Positions 27,614 through 39,760 of a stretch of DNA of 64,000 nt are shown one piece after another. The DNA comes from Camelus dromedarius (taxonomy: Eukaryota): contig NC_087447.1 of NCBI RefSeq assembly GCF_036321535.1, positions 41,914,001-41,978,000 of the forward strand, given 5' to 3'. Under the pieces are notes generated by a model. It saw nothing but the letters and a program-made list of their open reading frames with translations. It did not search any database and was not told the origin of the DNA. Position 1 is the stretch's first letter; every line of letters begins with the position of its first letter. A program made the translations under genes and the position numbers.

Positions 27614-28111
27614 CAGGCAGACCTCAGAGATATTGCAGGTTCAATTCCAGACCACCACAATAAAGCTAATGTCACAATAAAGTGAGTCACACAAATTTTT
27701 TGGTTTCCTAGTGCATGTAAAAGTTGTGTTTACCCTATAATGTAGTTAAGTGTGCAATACCATTTATGTGTAAAAAAAGTACATACCTTAATGTAAAAAC
27801 AGTTTTTTGCTAAAAACTGCTAACCATTATTTGAACCTTCAGCAAGTCATGGTTTTTTTTTTTACAATAGAAATGTCAAAGATCCCTGACCACAGCTCAC
27901 TATACAAATATAATAATAATGATAAAAAAGTTTTGAAATATTATGAGAATTACCAAAACATGACATACATACACAAAGTGAGCAAATGCTGTTGGAAAAA
28001 TGGCACCAGTAGATGTGTTCGATACACGGTTGCCACAAACCTCCAGTTTGTGGAAGATGCAGTATCTACAATGCACAATAAAGTGAAGCACAATAAAATG
28101 AGATATGCCTG
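27614..28111 (-). mobile_element. Internally deleted Tigger1 (TcMar) DNA transposon, ~500 bp
   Basis: Terminal inverted repeats CAGGCAGACCTC...GAGATATGCCTG flanked by TA on both sides (27612-27613, 28112-28113). Both Tigger1 ends present, transposase absent. Confidence 0.88.
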
Positions 28112-28789
28112 TATACACCTTAGGCAAAGTTATTTATCCAGAATCACAGAATGAGTAGAGCAAAAACTAGAGCCCAGGCTTTCTGACACTTAAAGGAGTA
28201 TTATTGCCATTGTGTTGCTAAGACATGCTGCCTGTATCATCTCCTGTGATCCAGCCTTTCCTTTATCTGGATCTGGGCCAAATAACCTAAAAGAATTGTG
28301 GGGAGCAGCTCTAGTAGATGATGCTAGTTGGCCTTTTTAACTGTCCAGAGAATGTGTCGGGCAGTATTGGGCTTAACCTACAGCATGAATGACACAGTTT
28401 CAGGGGGAAAAAGAAATTTTCTGGTTGCAAAGGATGATAAATGCTGGAATTCGTCGAAAAATGGTTGTAAAGCAACCTTCTTCAGCGAACTTTATGAAAA
28501 GAATGGATTCCACTCTGCCTGTAGTATTTGAAATATAATTCTACTTAAGTAGGTGGCTGGATAAAAGTCCATACCAACCCTAAGGGTCTGTGAAAGTATT
28601 AGCTGACAAATTTAATTCAAACATTATAATCCTAATATGTGTTCACCATTGTGTCCCACTTATTGGGATATGGTAGGAAGTAGTCCAGGGTGCCTGCTTG
28701 GTGTCAGGCACTTTCTCGATGCAGTACGTACACAGCAAGGCACAAAAAATGTTTTTTAATTGGCCAAAATGTCCGTCCTCACATAGCTT

Positions 28790-29920
28790 CATTTTAATGA
28801 GAGATAGACAGTAAAAAAAATAAATGGAATTTATAGTATGTGAGAAGGTGATAAGTGCTAAAGAGGAAAATATAATAAGAGGGATAGGGACTGTGTTGAA
28901 GGCTATAAGTTTTGATAGGGTGGCCCCAAAAAAGGTACCATTTGATCAAAGAAATGAAGGAATGGAGAGAAGATGCTACACAAATTGGTGGGGGGACAGG
29001 CATTCCAGGCCGAGGGAGCAGTTATGTGCTAAGGCCTTGAGGCAGGAACAAGAAGGCCTGTGTAGGAGCAGGAGCAGAATGAATGAAGGAAACAGTAGTA
29101 GGACATGGTCATATAAAGAAGCTAGATCTTGTAAATTATTGTAACAGCTTTGGGTTTTGCTCTGAATGAGGTGAAGAGCTATTTGAATGAACAGAGTAGT
29201 TAAGTAATGATTTGACATACTTTAACTAGGTCACTCTGTCTGCAGCGTTAAGAATAGAGTGAGGGTGGGAGCAAGGTTGGAAGCAGGGAGACCAGTTAGA
29301 AGACTGTTGTTCTGTAGTAGTATGAGACATGTTGGCTTGAATCAAGGTGGTGTTGAAAAGTGGTCAGGTCATAAATGTTTTTTAAAGGCAAAATCCAAAA
29401 GGTTTGCAAAGGAATGGATAATTGGGTGTGAGAGAAGGGCTTTAAGGATTACTCTAAGCTCTTCACCTAAATGATTGGAAAAACAAATATGGCACTTTCT
29501 GAAGTGGGGAAGACTGTGGAAAGCAGATTTGGAGGAGGTGAATATTAAGTGCTCCATTTTGGACATATATTTAAGATGGTTATTTTAATTCCATATGAGA
29601 ATACTATGTGCAGGTGGTTGAATATATGGGTATAGAGTTAAGGAGGAAGCTTAGTTGGAGATAAAATTTTGTGAAATGGTATTTTTGTGGTTTAAAAATA
29701 GAGACTGGAGGTTATCGCTAAGAAGGTAAATGTAAATAGCAAAGAGTCCTCTGGTCTGAGCCCTAGGATATTCTCATAGCTAAGAGGTTACGAAAATGAA
29801 AAATAGACTAAGATGTAGCAAGAAGACCTAGAAACCAAGTGAAGAAAGTGTTCATTGAAGAGGAAAAAGAATGACTGGCTGTATCAGACGTTGCTGAAAG
29901 ATCATATAAGTAAGATCTGA
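28790..29920 (-). mobile_element. L2 LINE fragment
   Basis: Purine-rich antisense L2 motifs (ggcattccaggccgagggagcag..tgtgctaaggccttgaggcagg; gaagcagggagaccagttagaagactgttg). Confidence 0.8.
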
Positions 29921-30028
29921 ATATATGTACAATCACTCATGTCTGATTACTATTTCTGCCCCTCTGGCCAACCATCTGCCATTGTTATTTTAACTTTTGA
30001 ATAATTTTACCTATGTTTGATATTACAG

Positions 30029-30233
30029 GAGAATCCAAACCCTCATATGGCATTCCAGAAAGTTCCACGACCAACAGAAGGATCCCACTTGCGAGTTCAT
30101 GTTCTTCCTTTCCCAAAGATTAATGAAACTCGGGTACAGGAATTAATACAGGAAAATCTTGCTAAGAACCAGAATGCACCTCCTGCTTCACGAGTGGAAA
30201 AGAAATGTGTTGTGCCTGCAGGTCCACCTGTTG
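30029..30233 (+). CDS. SBF2: SBF2 coding exon (exon 14)
   Basis: ttacag|GAG...GTTG|gtatgt; 205 bp; [68 protein letters not shown]. Confidence 0.97.
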
Positions 30234-30444
30234 GTATGTATTTGTCTGTTTATTTTAAAAGTAAACCTCCTATCAAGATATCAGACACAAAACCAAAAAT
30301 GCATAACTTAAGGAATTTTCACAAAGTGAACAAATTCATGTAACCAGAATCAGCATTATCAATACGCAGAAGCACTGTTCCAGTCACTGCCTCTCACAAG
30401 GGTAACCATTAATTAACCTGACTACTGCCACTGTAGAACCTTCT

Positions 30445-31310
30445 TTTAAAAATAAAAACTGTATTGAGATATAATTCACATACTATAAAAGTCACACTTG
30501 TAAAGTATACAATTCAGTGGTTTTTAGTATATTCAGAGTTGTGCAGCCATTTTCACTAATTTCAGAACATTTTCATTACCCCAAGTAGAAACACATTCCC
30601 ACTAGCAGTCACTCCCCATTTCTCCTCCAAAACCACTCCTTCCCCAGCTTTAGGCAGTAATCTACTTTCTTTGTAGATTTGCCTATTCTAGACATTTTAT
30701 ATAAATAAATGGAATCATACAATATTTGATCTTTTGTGATTGGCTTCTTTCATTTGGCATATTTTCAAAGTTCGTCCATGTAGCATGTATCAGTACTTCT
30801 TTGCTTTTTATGGCTGAATAATACTCCATTGTATGGGTATATATCACATTTTGTTACCCATTCAAAATGATGGACACTTGGATTGTTTCTACTTTTTGGC
30901 TACTGTTGATAGCGCTGCTGTGAGCATTCATGTATGAGTTTTTGTGCGGACATGTTTTTAGTTCTCTCTGGTATATATTAGGTGTGGTACAGTAAGTCTG
31001 TGTTTAATGTTTTGAGGAACTGCCACACTGTTTTCCAAAGCAATTGCACCATTTTACATTCCCACCATCGGTGTATGGGCATTCTGATTTCTTCACATTC
31101 ACTTACTTGATGTAGAGCATCTTTTTGTGTGCCTCTTGACCATATTTGTATCTTCCCTGGAAAAATATCTGTCTATTCAGATCCTTTGCCCATTTTTAAG
31201 TTGAGCTGTTTGTCTTTTTGTTCAAGAATTGTCCTTATATTCTGTATACCAGTCCCTTATCAGATACATGATTTGCAAATATTTTTCCCATTCTGTGGGT
31301 TATCTTTCTT
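30445..31310 (-). mobile_element. Old L1 (L1MB-like) 3' end
   Basis: attgagatataattcacatactataaaagtcacac..aagtatacaattcagtggtttttagtatattcagagttgtgcagccat is a typical antisense L1MB 3'UTR. Confidence 0.8.
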
Positions 31311-31337
31311 TACTGATTTTTATCTCTCTTATTCTTT

Positions 31338-31471
31338 TTTTTTTTTTTTTTTTTTTTGGTGGGAGGAAGGTAGTTACGTTATTTATTTTCAGAGGAGGTA
31401 CTGGGGATTGAACCCAGGACCTCATGCATGCTAAGTATGCACTCTACCACTCGAGCTATACCCTCCTCCCC
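31338..31471 (-). mobile_element. tRNA-derived SINE, vic-1-like (camelid)
   Basis: Reverse complement of the SINE at 26963, with poly-T at the left. Perfect 17-bp TSD tatctctcttattcttt at 31321-31337 and 31472-31488. Confidence 0.92.
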
Positions 31472-32931
31472 TATCTCTCTTATTCTTTATCTCTTGAGGG
31501 AGATGTGTTAAAGTCTCCCATGATAAGTAGAATTGCCTATTTCTCATTTCACTGTTCATCTTTTCTTTATGTATTTTGAAATTGATTTATTGGACACAGA
31601 TATATTTACAAATAGTGTAGCATCCTGGTGATTGATCGCTATCATTACGGAATGTCCCTCTTTGTGTCTACTTATGCTTCTTGCTGTAAGATGAACTTTG
31701 AGGTTTATATAGCTATACTAGCCCTCCTTTAGTTAGTGTTTATCTTTTTTTATCCTTTTATTTTCAAACTCTGGATCCTTATATTTAAGATATGCCTCTT
31801 GCAAGCAACATGTGGTTTTTTTTAACCAGTTTGACTATCTTAATGTATTACTTGTATTTATCTCATTTATGTAACTATAGTTACTGATAGAGTAATGGCT
31901 TTAATGTAATTTGCTGGGTTTTTTTCTGTTTGATCCTTCTGATTTACATTTTCCCCTGCTTCCTTACCCTCTTTTGGATTAATGAACTATTTTTTAATTT
32001 ATCATTTATCTCTGTTAACTTGTTATTTATGTCTGTTTACTGTTCTTTTAAAGATTTATTATGCTAGGGACTATAGCATACATCCACTTTTGTAGGTTCA
32101 GCTTTCACCAGAAACTTTGTTGGTCAACCTGGCCATCTGCCAGATTCCAACCCAGATTCCCAGCCTCTTGTCTGTACCCAGTATTGGCAGATCTCTTAAG
32201 GGAAAAGTGGATGTGCATGTTAAGTTAGTTCTCTGGTCTTTTCTTTTTTCTGGAATTATAAGTCTTCTAATCTTTGTGCTTCTGTAGCACTCTGATATAT
32301 TTAAATAGATAGCTTTGCATTTTATCTGACTTTCATAATGTTCTTGGTGAAAGTTTTAGTTTGCTACATACTGTCCCATCATACCTGGAAGTGAGTGTAA
32401 TTTTATTATTAACAGATTATATTATTTAAATTATTTATGTAGTAATGTTAATAATTTCTGTATTCTTAACATGTATGTTGTATGGTAATGTTAATGTTAT
32501 TTATTGTTAATTATTTATTTAGTAGTATTAATTTGCCATTATTTTCCTAAGAATTAACAGCTTTTACTTAAGCATTGATTGTACTTTCACATAGAGAAGA
32601 GAATGGAGAAGTAGACATGTTAAAGGGTAGTTATTTTTGGAAGGATTTGGTCATGTAACTTTACTATTTAATATTTTTATAATATTTAATATAAAGCTGG
32701 TTGAAAGCTTTCTTTAAATACCCACATGAATAGATTAGAAGTTTTTTTAAAATATAATTTGCTTGGATTGTAACCTTGTCTCTATATTATTTTTATATAA
32801 TCTCTTTACTTTCTTCACGTGCAGTGAACATCAGATTCTTTCTTTAAATGCATGTGGAATGTCTCATTGTAATCAGAGAGGTACACATGACTCAGTATTT
32901 GGCCCTGCGTGCACTTCCTGTAAAACCTAAA

Positions 32932-32964
32932 GGAATGAATGAATGAATGAATGAATGATGAATG
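32932..32964. repeat. (GAAT)n microsatellite
   Basis: gaatgaatgaatgaatgaatgaatgatgaatg read directly. Confidence 0.8.
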
Positions 32965-34864
32965 CAGGGACCTCTGTTCAACTTTCTAGTTCATTTGGGT
33001 TGATTAGAATCAGGATTTCCCTTGTTTTATAATTATCATATAATTTACATGATACCCATGTATAATGTGAGTGTGGAATTGCTCTGTCTCCTTAAAAGGC
33101 ATTCACATTTTGAGAGGTTAATTAGTTTCCAGGGATTCCTCAGAGGGGCCAGAGTAATGATGAATGGCTGGAAATAGTATTTGAAAGCCAAAGTCTTAGA
33201 AAGGAAGCTCTGGGAAGTCAAGTATCCATAAACCAGAGTTGTTGTCAAATATTAGAAAGATAGTATTAGAAGGCCACAACGGGGATTTGGCCAATCCCTG
33301 AAATGTCAGTAACTCTAAGTGAAGAGCTTTCTTCTGGGAGTGAACTAAGTTATAGTTACCAAAGAAAGATAATTCCCAAGTGATAAACAGACTCATTTTA
33401 GGAAGATACGGGTTTTTAAATGGCTCGTCCTAAAGAAAAGTTAAAATACTGCTAAAGAGATTTTAGAATTAAAAGTTTATAAATTTAAGTTAAAAATGTT
33501 GCTCTCTCAACAAAGTATGTGATCTTATTTGGAGACTGTAGGAAATTTTCTTCTCTAAATATAGATCAATTTCAATTTCAACTTTTGCCACTGACCTACA
33601 TGTGTGGGAAGCACCAGAGGCCAAAATTAAGAATAAGCATTTCAGAAAGAAAAGTCATGTGAAATAATGTATTTAATCATCATGGTCATTAATGTTACTT
33701 TATTAAGAATGATTTGAAGATAACTGGTAAAAAAAAACAAAAACAAAAACAACCAGGGAAGATTGATTTCCTGATTCTGATGAAGTACTGTAGCTATGTA
33801 AGAGCACCATTGGGGGAAGCTGGCTGATGAGTGCATGGATCTCCTTTGTACTAATTTGCAACCTTTTGTGAGCTTATAACTATTTCAAAATGTTTTAAAG
33901 TTTAAAAAACTATTTGAAGAATATAAAGTTTTGTATTGATGGATGGAAAGGGATGCTAAGAGTAAGATGGTGTTCTTTCTTGTTAGGTATGTGGGAGAGG
34001 TGAAGGGATTATGCTTTTAGATTCCAAGAGCAGCCATAAAATATACAGCTTAAGAATTACTGATACTACCTCATTTGTACATATGATATAGTGTAGTTCT
34101 TTGTGAAATTATACTTTTTATTTAACAAACATTACTTTTATTTATATCCTTCAAATATTCTTTTAATAAGTTAAATTTATTTTAATTTTATTTATTTTTA
34201 ATTACTCAAGTAATTTTAGCCTAAGTAATAGAATAGAATTATCTAACATCATGGTAAAGATGACAGGTACTAAGTTCACAAGACTAAAAAGTGAGTCTCC
34301 CAAATTCTGTAAAGTAATTCTTTAGCCATGATCATTTCTCTTTTTGTGCAATGCGTCTTCAAGTCACCTGTACTCAGATTTTTAGAACCTTGTTTTTTGT
34401 GGTATGTGGTTTTTCTCTGGTAATATATTAAAAATATCAACTTCTTTTTCTGTTAGTAGTCCTCTTACGTATGAGCATTAGCTACTTTTGTCATGATCCT
34501 GTACCTGTAACAATTCTTCCATTTGTTTATAGTTAAAGGTTAAAAAAAAGATGTTTACCTTTGCTTAATATAATTTTACTGTGCAATATGAGTTAATTTG
34601 CATAAGAGGTAAGTGTAGTATTGGAATCTGTCGTTTATAGTTATCCTCAATAAGGGATAGGCTGGCCTGCCAGTTTAAAACCTAAAAATGTAATCAAAGT
34701 ACCTTCTCTGCCATGTAACAAGGGGGAAAAAAAACTATATAATGAAGGTTATGGTCATGTAAACAGTTACAATCTTATATAGTGTAAACAGTAATATTCC
34801 CCTTGCTTTTATAATTGCCAAAGAAGTTTAATTTATTTGTGTTTTTCTTATATTCCTTTACTAG

Positions 34865-34974
34865 TTTCAATAATGGATAAGGTGACAACAGTTTTCAACA
34901 GTGCACAGAGATTGGAAGTTGTTAGAAACTGCATCTCATTCATATTTGAAAATAAAACATTGGAGACTGAAAAG
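34865..34974 (+). CDS. SBF2: SBF2 coding exon (exon 15)
   Basis: tactag|TT...AAG|gtaata; 110 bp; (V)[36 protein letters not shown]. Confidence 0.96.
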
Positions 34975-35120
34975 GTAATAAAATGCCTTCCTTCCCGTCA
35001 TGTCCCTTTCAGATTTCTATGTTTAGCTTGCCAACTTATTCTGTCCCTTTTCCTTATAAAGTATCCTTTCATTGTTCTGATCGTTTTAAATGAACAGTCT
35101 AAGATTTAAAATCCTAGCCA

Positions 35121-35451
35121 ATAGGCCAGGATGGCGGAGTAGTAGGACCCCTAGCTCACCCTCTCCCACGAATACAGCAAAATCGATACCTACATACAGA
35201 ACAAATCACACAGAATACCTATTGGACTTTGGCAGGATATTTGTTACATCAGAAATACAAGGAAATCCTTGTAAAATCGATAAACAACAAGTTTAAACTG
35301 TACAGCACTGGCAAACTGTAGTCACTATAGGGAAAAGAATATGAAAAGGAATATATGTGTGTGTATGTATGACTGAAAAATTATGCTGTACACCAGAAAT
35401 TGACCCAACATTGTAAACTGACTATACTTCAATTAGAAAAGTTTAATTTAA
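35121..35451 (+). mobile_element. Short bipartite L1-derived element: L1 5'-start (~160 bp) fused to L1 3'UTR end (~170 bp)
   Basis: Begins ggccaggatggcggagtagtaggac, resembling an L1 5' terminus. From 35280 it matches the reverse complement of copy A's 3'UTR. Flanked by aaaatcctagcca (35108-35120) and aaacttctagcca (35452-35464). Confidence 0.75.
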
Positions 35452-36407
35452 AAACTTCTAGCCATGCCTATTTACATAACTACCAGAGAAACATTGATAG
35501 TCATGTTTCCCCTGAAACTTTTAAACATTATTCACTAAATCCTATTTTGACATATTACTTAGAAACTTAACATTTTAAATGTAATATTTTATTGCAGAGA
35601 ATCTAGAAGAAGTAATGAATTATAAAAATTATGGTATTCAATTAAATGCACCTCATTAAAACACGTTTTCTTGCTTTCTTTAATATAATATACTATATAT
35701 AATGTAACCTTTTCTTAGTAACTTGTAATAGTTCTGAGCATCTATTACAAGGGGCTAGTAAAACATGTAAAATAAAATTTTTACCCTTACACTAAATGAC
35801 CTCAGACCTCTTTATATTTTGAGTTTTTTGATACCCGTTTTTTTCTCATGGTTGAAGTGTTACAGACTTTCTTTTGCTTTTGTTGCTTTCAGCTTTCACA
35901 CCTTGTTTATTACACCTGTTGTTAAAAAAAAAAGTATTAGGTCGTTCTACTCTCAGGCTTCTTCCCTTCCTTCTTACTTGCTCCTTTGTGTTGACTTTAG
36001 GTTTTCAAAGTTAAATAAGCCTATTATTTATTTTATGTAAAGTAAATTAATTAGGCTCTCAAGGTGAACTGTAAGAGGCATTCTTGTGGGCAGTGAAGTT
36101 AAAAGAGTTTTAATACATAAACCCAGAGATTACTATTTGTTGCTCTGAGTTTTGTTTTTTTTTTTACTGCTTTCTTATGCTGTTGAAATTACAAGAGATT
36201 GCAGAATTTTCCAGTCATAAATTAAAACTGAATAATGATTAAGTTGCTGATCAGTTTCAAACATAAAATCACCCAGTAGTCTTGTCATTTTAATTTTCTT
36301 TCTGTTCTTGCTATGGAGTTGTGGTCATTTACTAAAAGAACGTGTCTTAAGTGTCTGCGATTTTGACTTATAATCTGAAGCAACAGTTATTTTGGTGACA
36401 AAGTTTT

Positions 36408-36439
36408 TTTGTTTTTGTTTTTTTTAACATTTTTTATTG
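36408..36439 (-). mobile_element. Ultra-short L1 insertion (tail plus ~14 terminal nt) with 14-bp TSD
   Basis: ggtgacaaagtttt at 36394-36407 and 36440-36453 flanks a T-run plus aacattttttattg, the same terminus as L1 copy C (56691-56704). Confidence 0.8.
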
Positions 36440-36722
36440 GGTGACAAAGTTTTGATGAGGTTTTTTAAATGAAGTTTAATGTTTTTAAAATATATCACAT
36501 AAACTAAGTCCTACTTATTTTTCATGCTTCCTTACAAATAAAAATCACTGTAAATCATCTATTTACAGTTGTTCTTAATAGCAAATCAACTCTTTTTTAG
36601 GAGTTTAATTCTACTAATAACTCTGTTAAATAGTTTACAGGATACATGTGAATTTTCAGTGATTAAAAGTTACTTTTTTCCCAGTGGTGTCTTTTGTTCA
36701 CTTCTACCTCTCTTGTCCACAG

Positions 36723-36872
36723 ACCCTTCCTGCTGCATTGAGAGCCCTTAAAGGAAAGGCAGCAAGACAGTGTCTCACTGATGAGCTGGGTTTACATGTT
36801 CAGCAAAACCGGGCAATATTAGACCATCAACAGTTTGACTACATAATAAGGATGATGAACTGTACTCTGCAG
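36723..36872 (+). CDS. SBF2: SBF2 coding exon (exon 16); last SBF2 exon found in the window
   Basis: ccacag|ACC...CAG|gtaact; 150 bp; [50 protein letters not shown]. Confidence 0.97.
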
Positions 36873-37599
36873 GTAACTTTCAGTTGTTTCAGATTATCCT
36901 TATTATTTGAGAATGTTTTTTATTTTTCCAGGAGATTCAGTAATTACTGATAAGTTCTTGAACCTTCCACAGCTAATAGGAAGGGCCAACATCCATACCA
37001 TTTCTGTCAGAAACAGTTATATATTGGTATAAATAATAAGAGTTTTCAATTTTTTCTTTATTTTCTCTTGAAAAATACTAGGCTATTTTACTTGTACTAT
37101 AAGCAAGCTTTCTGAAAATGAAAAGTTGTCTTTAAAACATTCAGTTATATATTACTTAATGTCTGTATTCATGTCAGGCCCTTTTCAGCCAGTTTTCAGT
37201 TATACTGTTAAGGCAGAAGGCAGTGAATGAATGGTGGCTAATCCAAATGATAAATGAATTACTCAGTTAAGTGTTTACTTAATACTTTGTGTGGGTAAAG
37301 CACAAAATAAATTTCTTGTTGGCCTCAAAATATTTGTATGATCTTACAAAAATAAGCTTCCCAGAAAATAATAAGGGCACAATTTAGGAAAAGCAAATTA
37401 TCTGATTTCCCCATGCTATTTTTGTGACATTGGCATCATGTTGTTTGCAGGTGATAACAAACTTTTCTTAAACTTTACACAAAGAGAAAAATGTGATTAA
37501 ATATTAAGATTTCAAAGACTATATGTGGGGCTCCAGGGAAATGAAATAAAATCCATGCTAAATTTTGGTAGATTGGAAAGTGAGAGTTACAGGGTATAA

Positions 37600-39760
37600 T
37601 TAATAATAAAATTTGTGGATGAAGAAGGCCTAAATAAATGGAAAGATATACCATGTTTGTGGATTAGAAGACTCAATATTATAAAGATACCGGTTCTCCC
37701 CAAAATAATCTGTAGAGTTATTGCAGTTCCCATCTGAATCCCAACTGGAAGTTCCAATGCCTAAGAATTACCAACACACTCCTAAAAATGCAAAGCATGG
37801 GAATTGGCCTTGTCATATATCAAACATTAATTCCAAGGAGGACATAAAAATTGCCGAGAGGTAAGTGAAAATGTGCTGAGCATTACTAATTACCAGAGAA
37901 ATGCAAATCAAAATCACAGTGTAATATCACCTCACATCTGTTAGAATGACTTATCAAAGAGACAAGAGATAACAAGTATTGGCAAGAATATGGCAAAAAG
38001 GGAACCCTTGTGCACTGTCCGTGGGAATGTAAATTGGTGTAGCCACTATAAAAAATAGTGTGAATGTTTCTCAAAAAATTAAAAGTAGAACTAACATATG
38101 ATCCAGAGTTCCAATTCTGGGTACATCCAGGGGAAATGAATATAGGATATTGAAGAAGTATCTGCACAACATGTTCATTGCAGCATTTGTCACAATAGCC
38201 AAGACATGGAAACAACCTCAGTGTCCATCAATGGATGAATGGATAAAGACGATGGGGGGGTGTGTGTGTGTTTGTGTATACACACAAACAGTGGAATATT
38301 ATTCAGCCATGAGAAAGAAGGAAATTCTATCATTTGCAACAGTGTGGACAAACCTTGTACCAAGTGAAATAAGCCAGACAGAGAAAGAGAAATACTGTAT
38401 GGTATTATATGTGGAACCTTAAAAAAAAAAAAAAGTCAAATTCTTAGAAACATAGTAGAAAAATTGTTGCCAGGGGCTGAGAGGTGGAGGAAATAGGGAG
38501 AGATTAATAAGAGATACAAACTTTTAGCTGTAAGATGAGTAAGACCTGAAGACCTAAATGTACAACATGGTAACTACAGTTGATAACACTATATTGTATA
38601 ATCGAAATTGCTAAGAGAGTTGAAAAAATGTTTGAATCAAAAAAAGGCAAAAAGATAAATATGTAAGGTAAGGTATCAGTTAATTCAATTGTGGGAATCC
38701 TTTCACGATGTATAGATATTTCAAATCACCTCAGTGTACTCTTTAAATATCTTACCATTTTATTTGTCAGTTATACCTCAGTAACACTTAATTTTTTTTA
38801 ATTCAAAATTGCATTAATTAAGACAATGTAGTATTGATGCAGTCATAAACAAATTGGCCAGTAGAACAGAATATAGAGTTCATAAACAGATGTACACATA
38901 CATGGAAATGTGATTTAGGACAAAGTTGGTATTTCAGGTCAGTGATAAAAGAGATGAAAAATTCAGTAAATAGTACTGGGACAGTTGGGTGACCATGTAC
39001 ATATAATGAACCATGTACATAAAAAAATGTGCAGATACCTCACATTATATACTAAAAATGTTTCAGAGTTAGAAAATTTGAGAACGTATAAGATAATAAG
39101 AAATAAGATTTTCCTATAAAACTGAATAGGAACATATTCTATGATCCAGTGATTCTACTCTTAAAGAAGTTCTTGCCCACCAAGAGATACACACAAAAAT
39201 GTTCATAGGAACATTGTTTGAAATAGCAGAAAACTGAAACAACTCACATGCTAACTAGCAGTAGAATGAATACATAAATTATGGTATCTTCTTATGTTAG
39301 AATACTACTTAGCAGAGATAATAAAATGAATCGCAGCTCATTTTATTGGGTGAATCTTAAAGATGGTAATTTTGTATAAAAATAAAAAGGTATTTCAATT
39401 ACAATAAAAGGTATTTTATTTATATAAAATTCAAAGCATACAATATATTATTTAGAGATAGTTAATTTAGGGATAAAACATATATAGTGGTAAAAATATA
39501 AAGAAAAGAAAGGCAATATATACATATATTAAATTATCATATTATACACTACAATTTTATATGTCAATTATACCTCAATAAATCTGGGAAAAAAGAAAAT
39601 CAAGGAAATAAACAAAATATTGAGGAAAATTACCTCTGGGAAACAGAGAGGAAGGGCATTGAACATAGAGATCTTCAAAGGTAATGGTAATACTCTGTTT
39701 CTTAAACTAGGTACATGGGTGTTAATTGTATCATTGTTAGTTATAACCTGTAATTTATAC
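37600..39760 (+). mobile_element. Old sense-strand L1 fragment interrupted by a younger L1MA-like 3' end (~37832-38785)
   Basis: ORF2 motifs aaataaatggaaagatataccatg..ggattagaagactcaatatt resume after 38820. The inner element encodes [26 protein letters not shown] and ends ttatttgtcagttatacctcagtaa. Confidence 0.75.
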
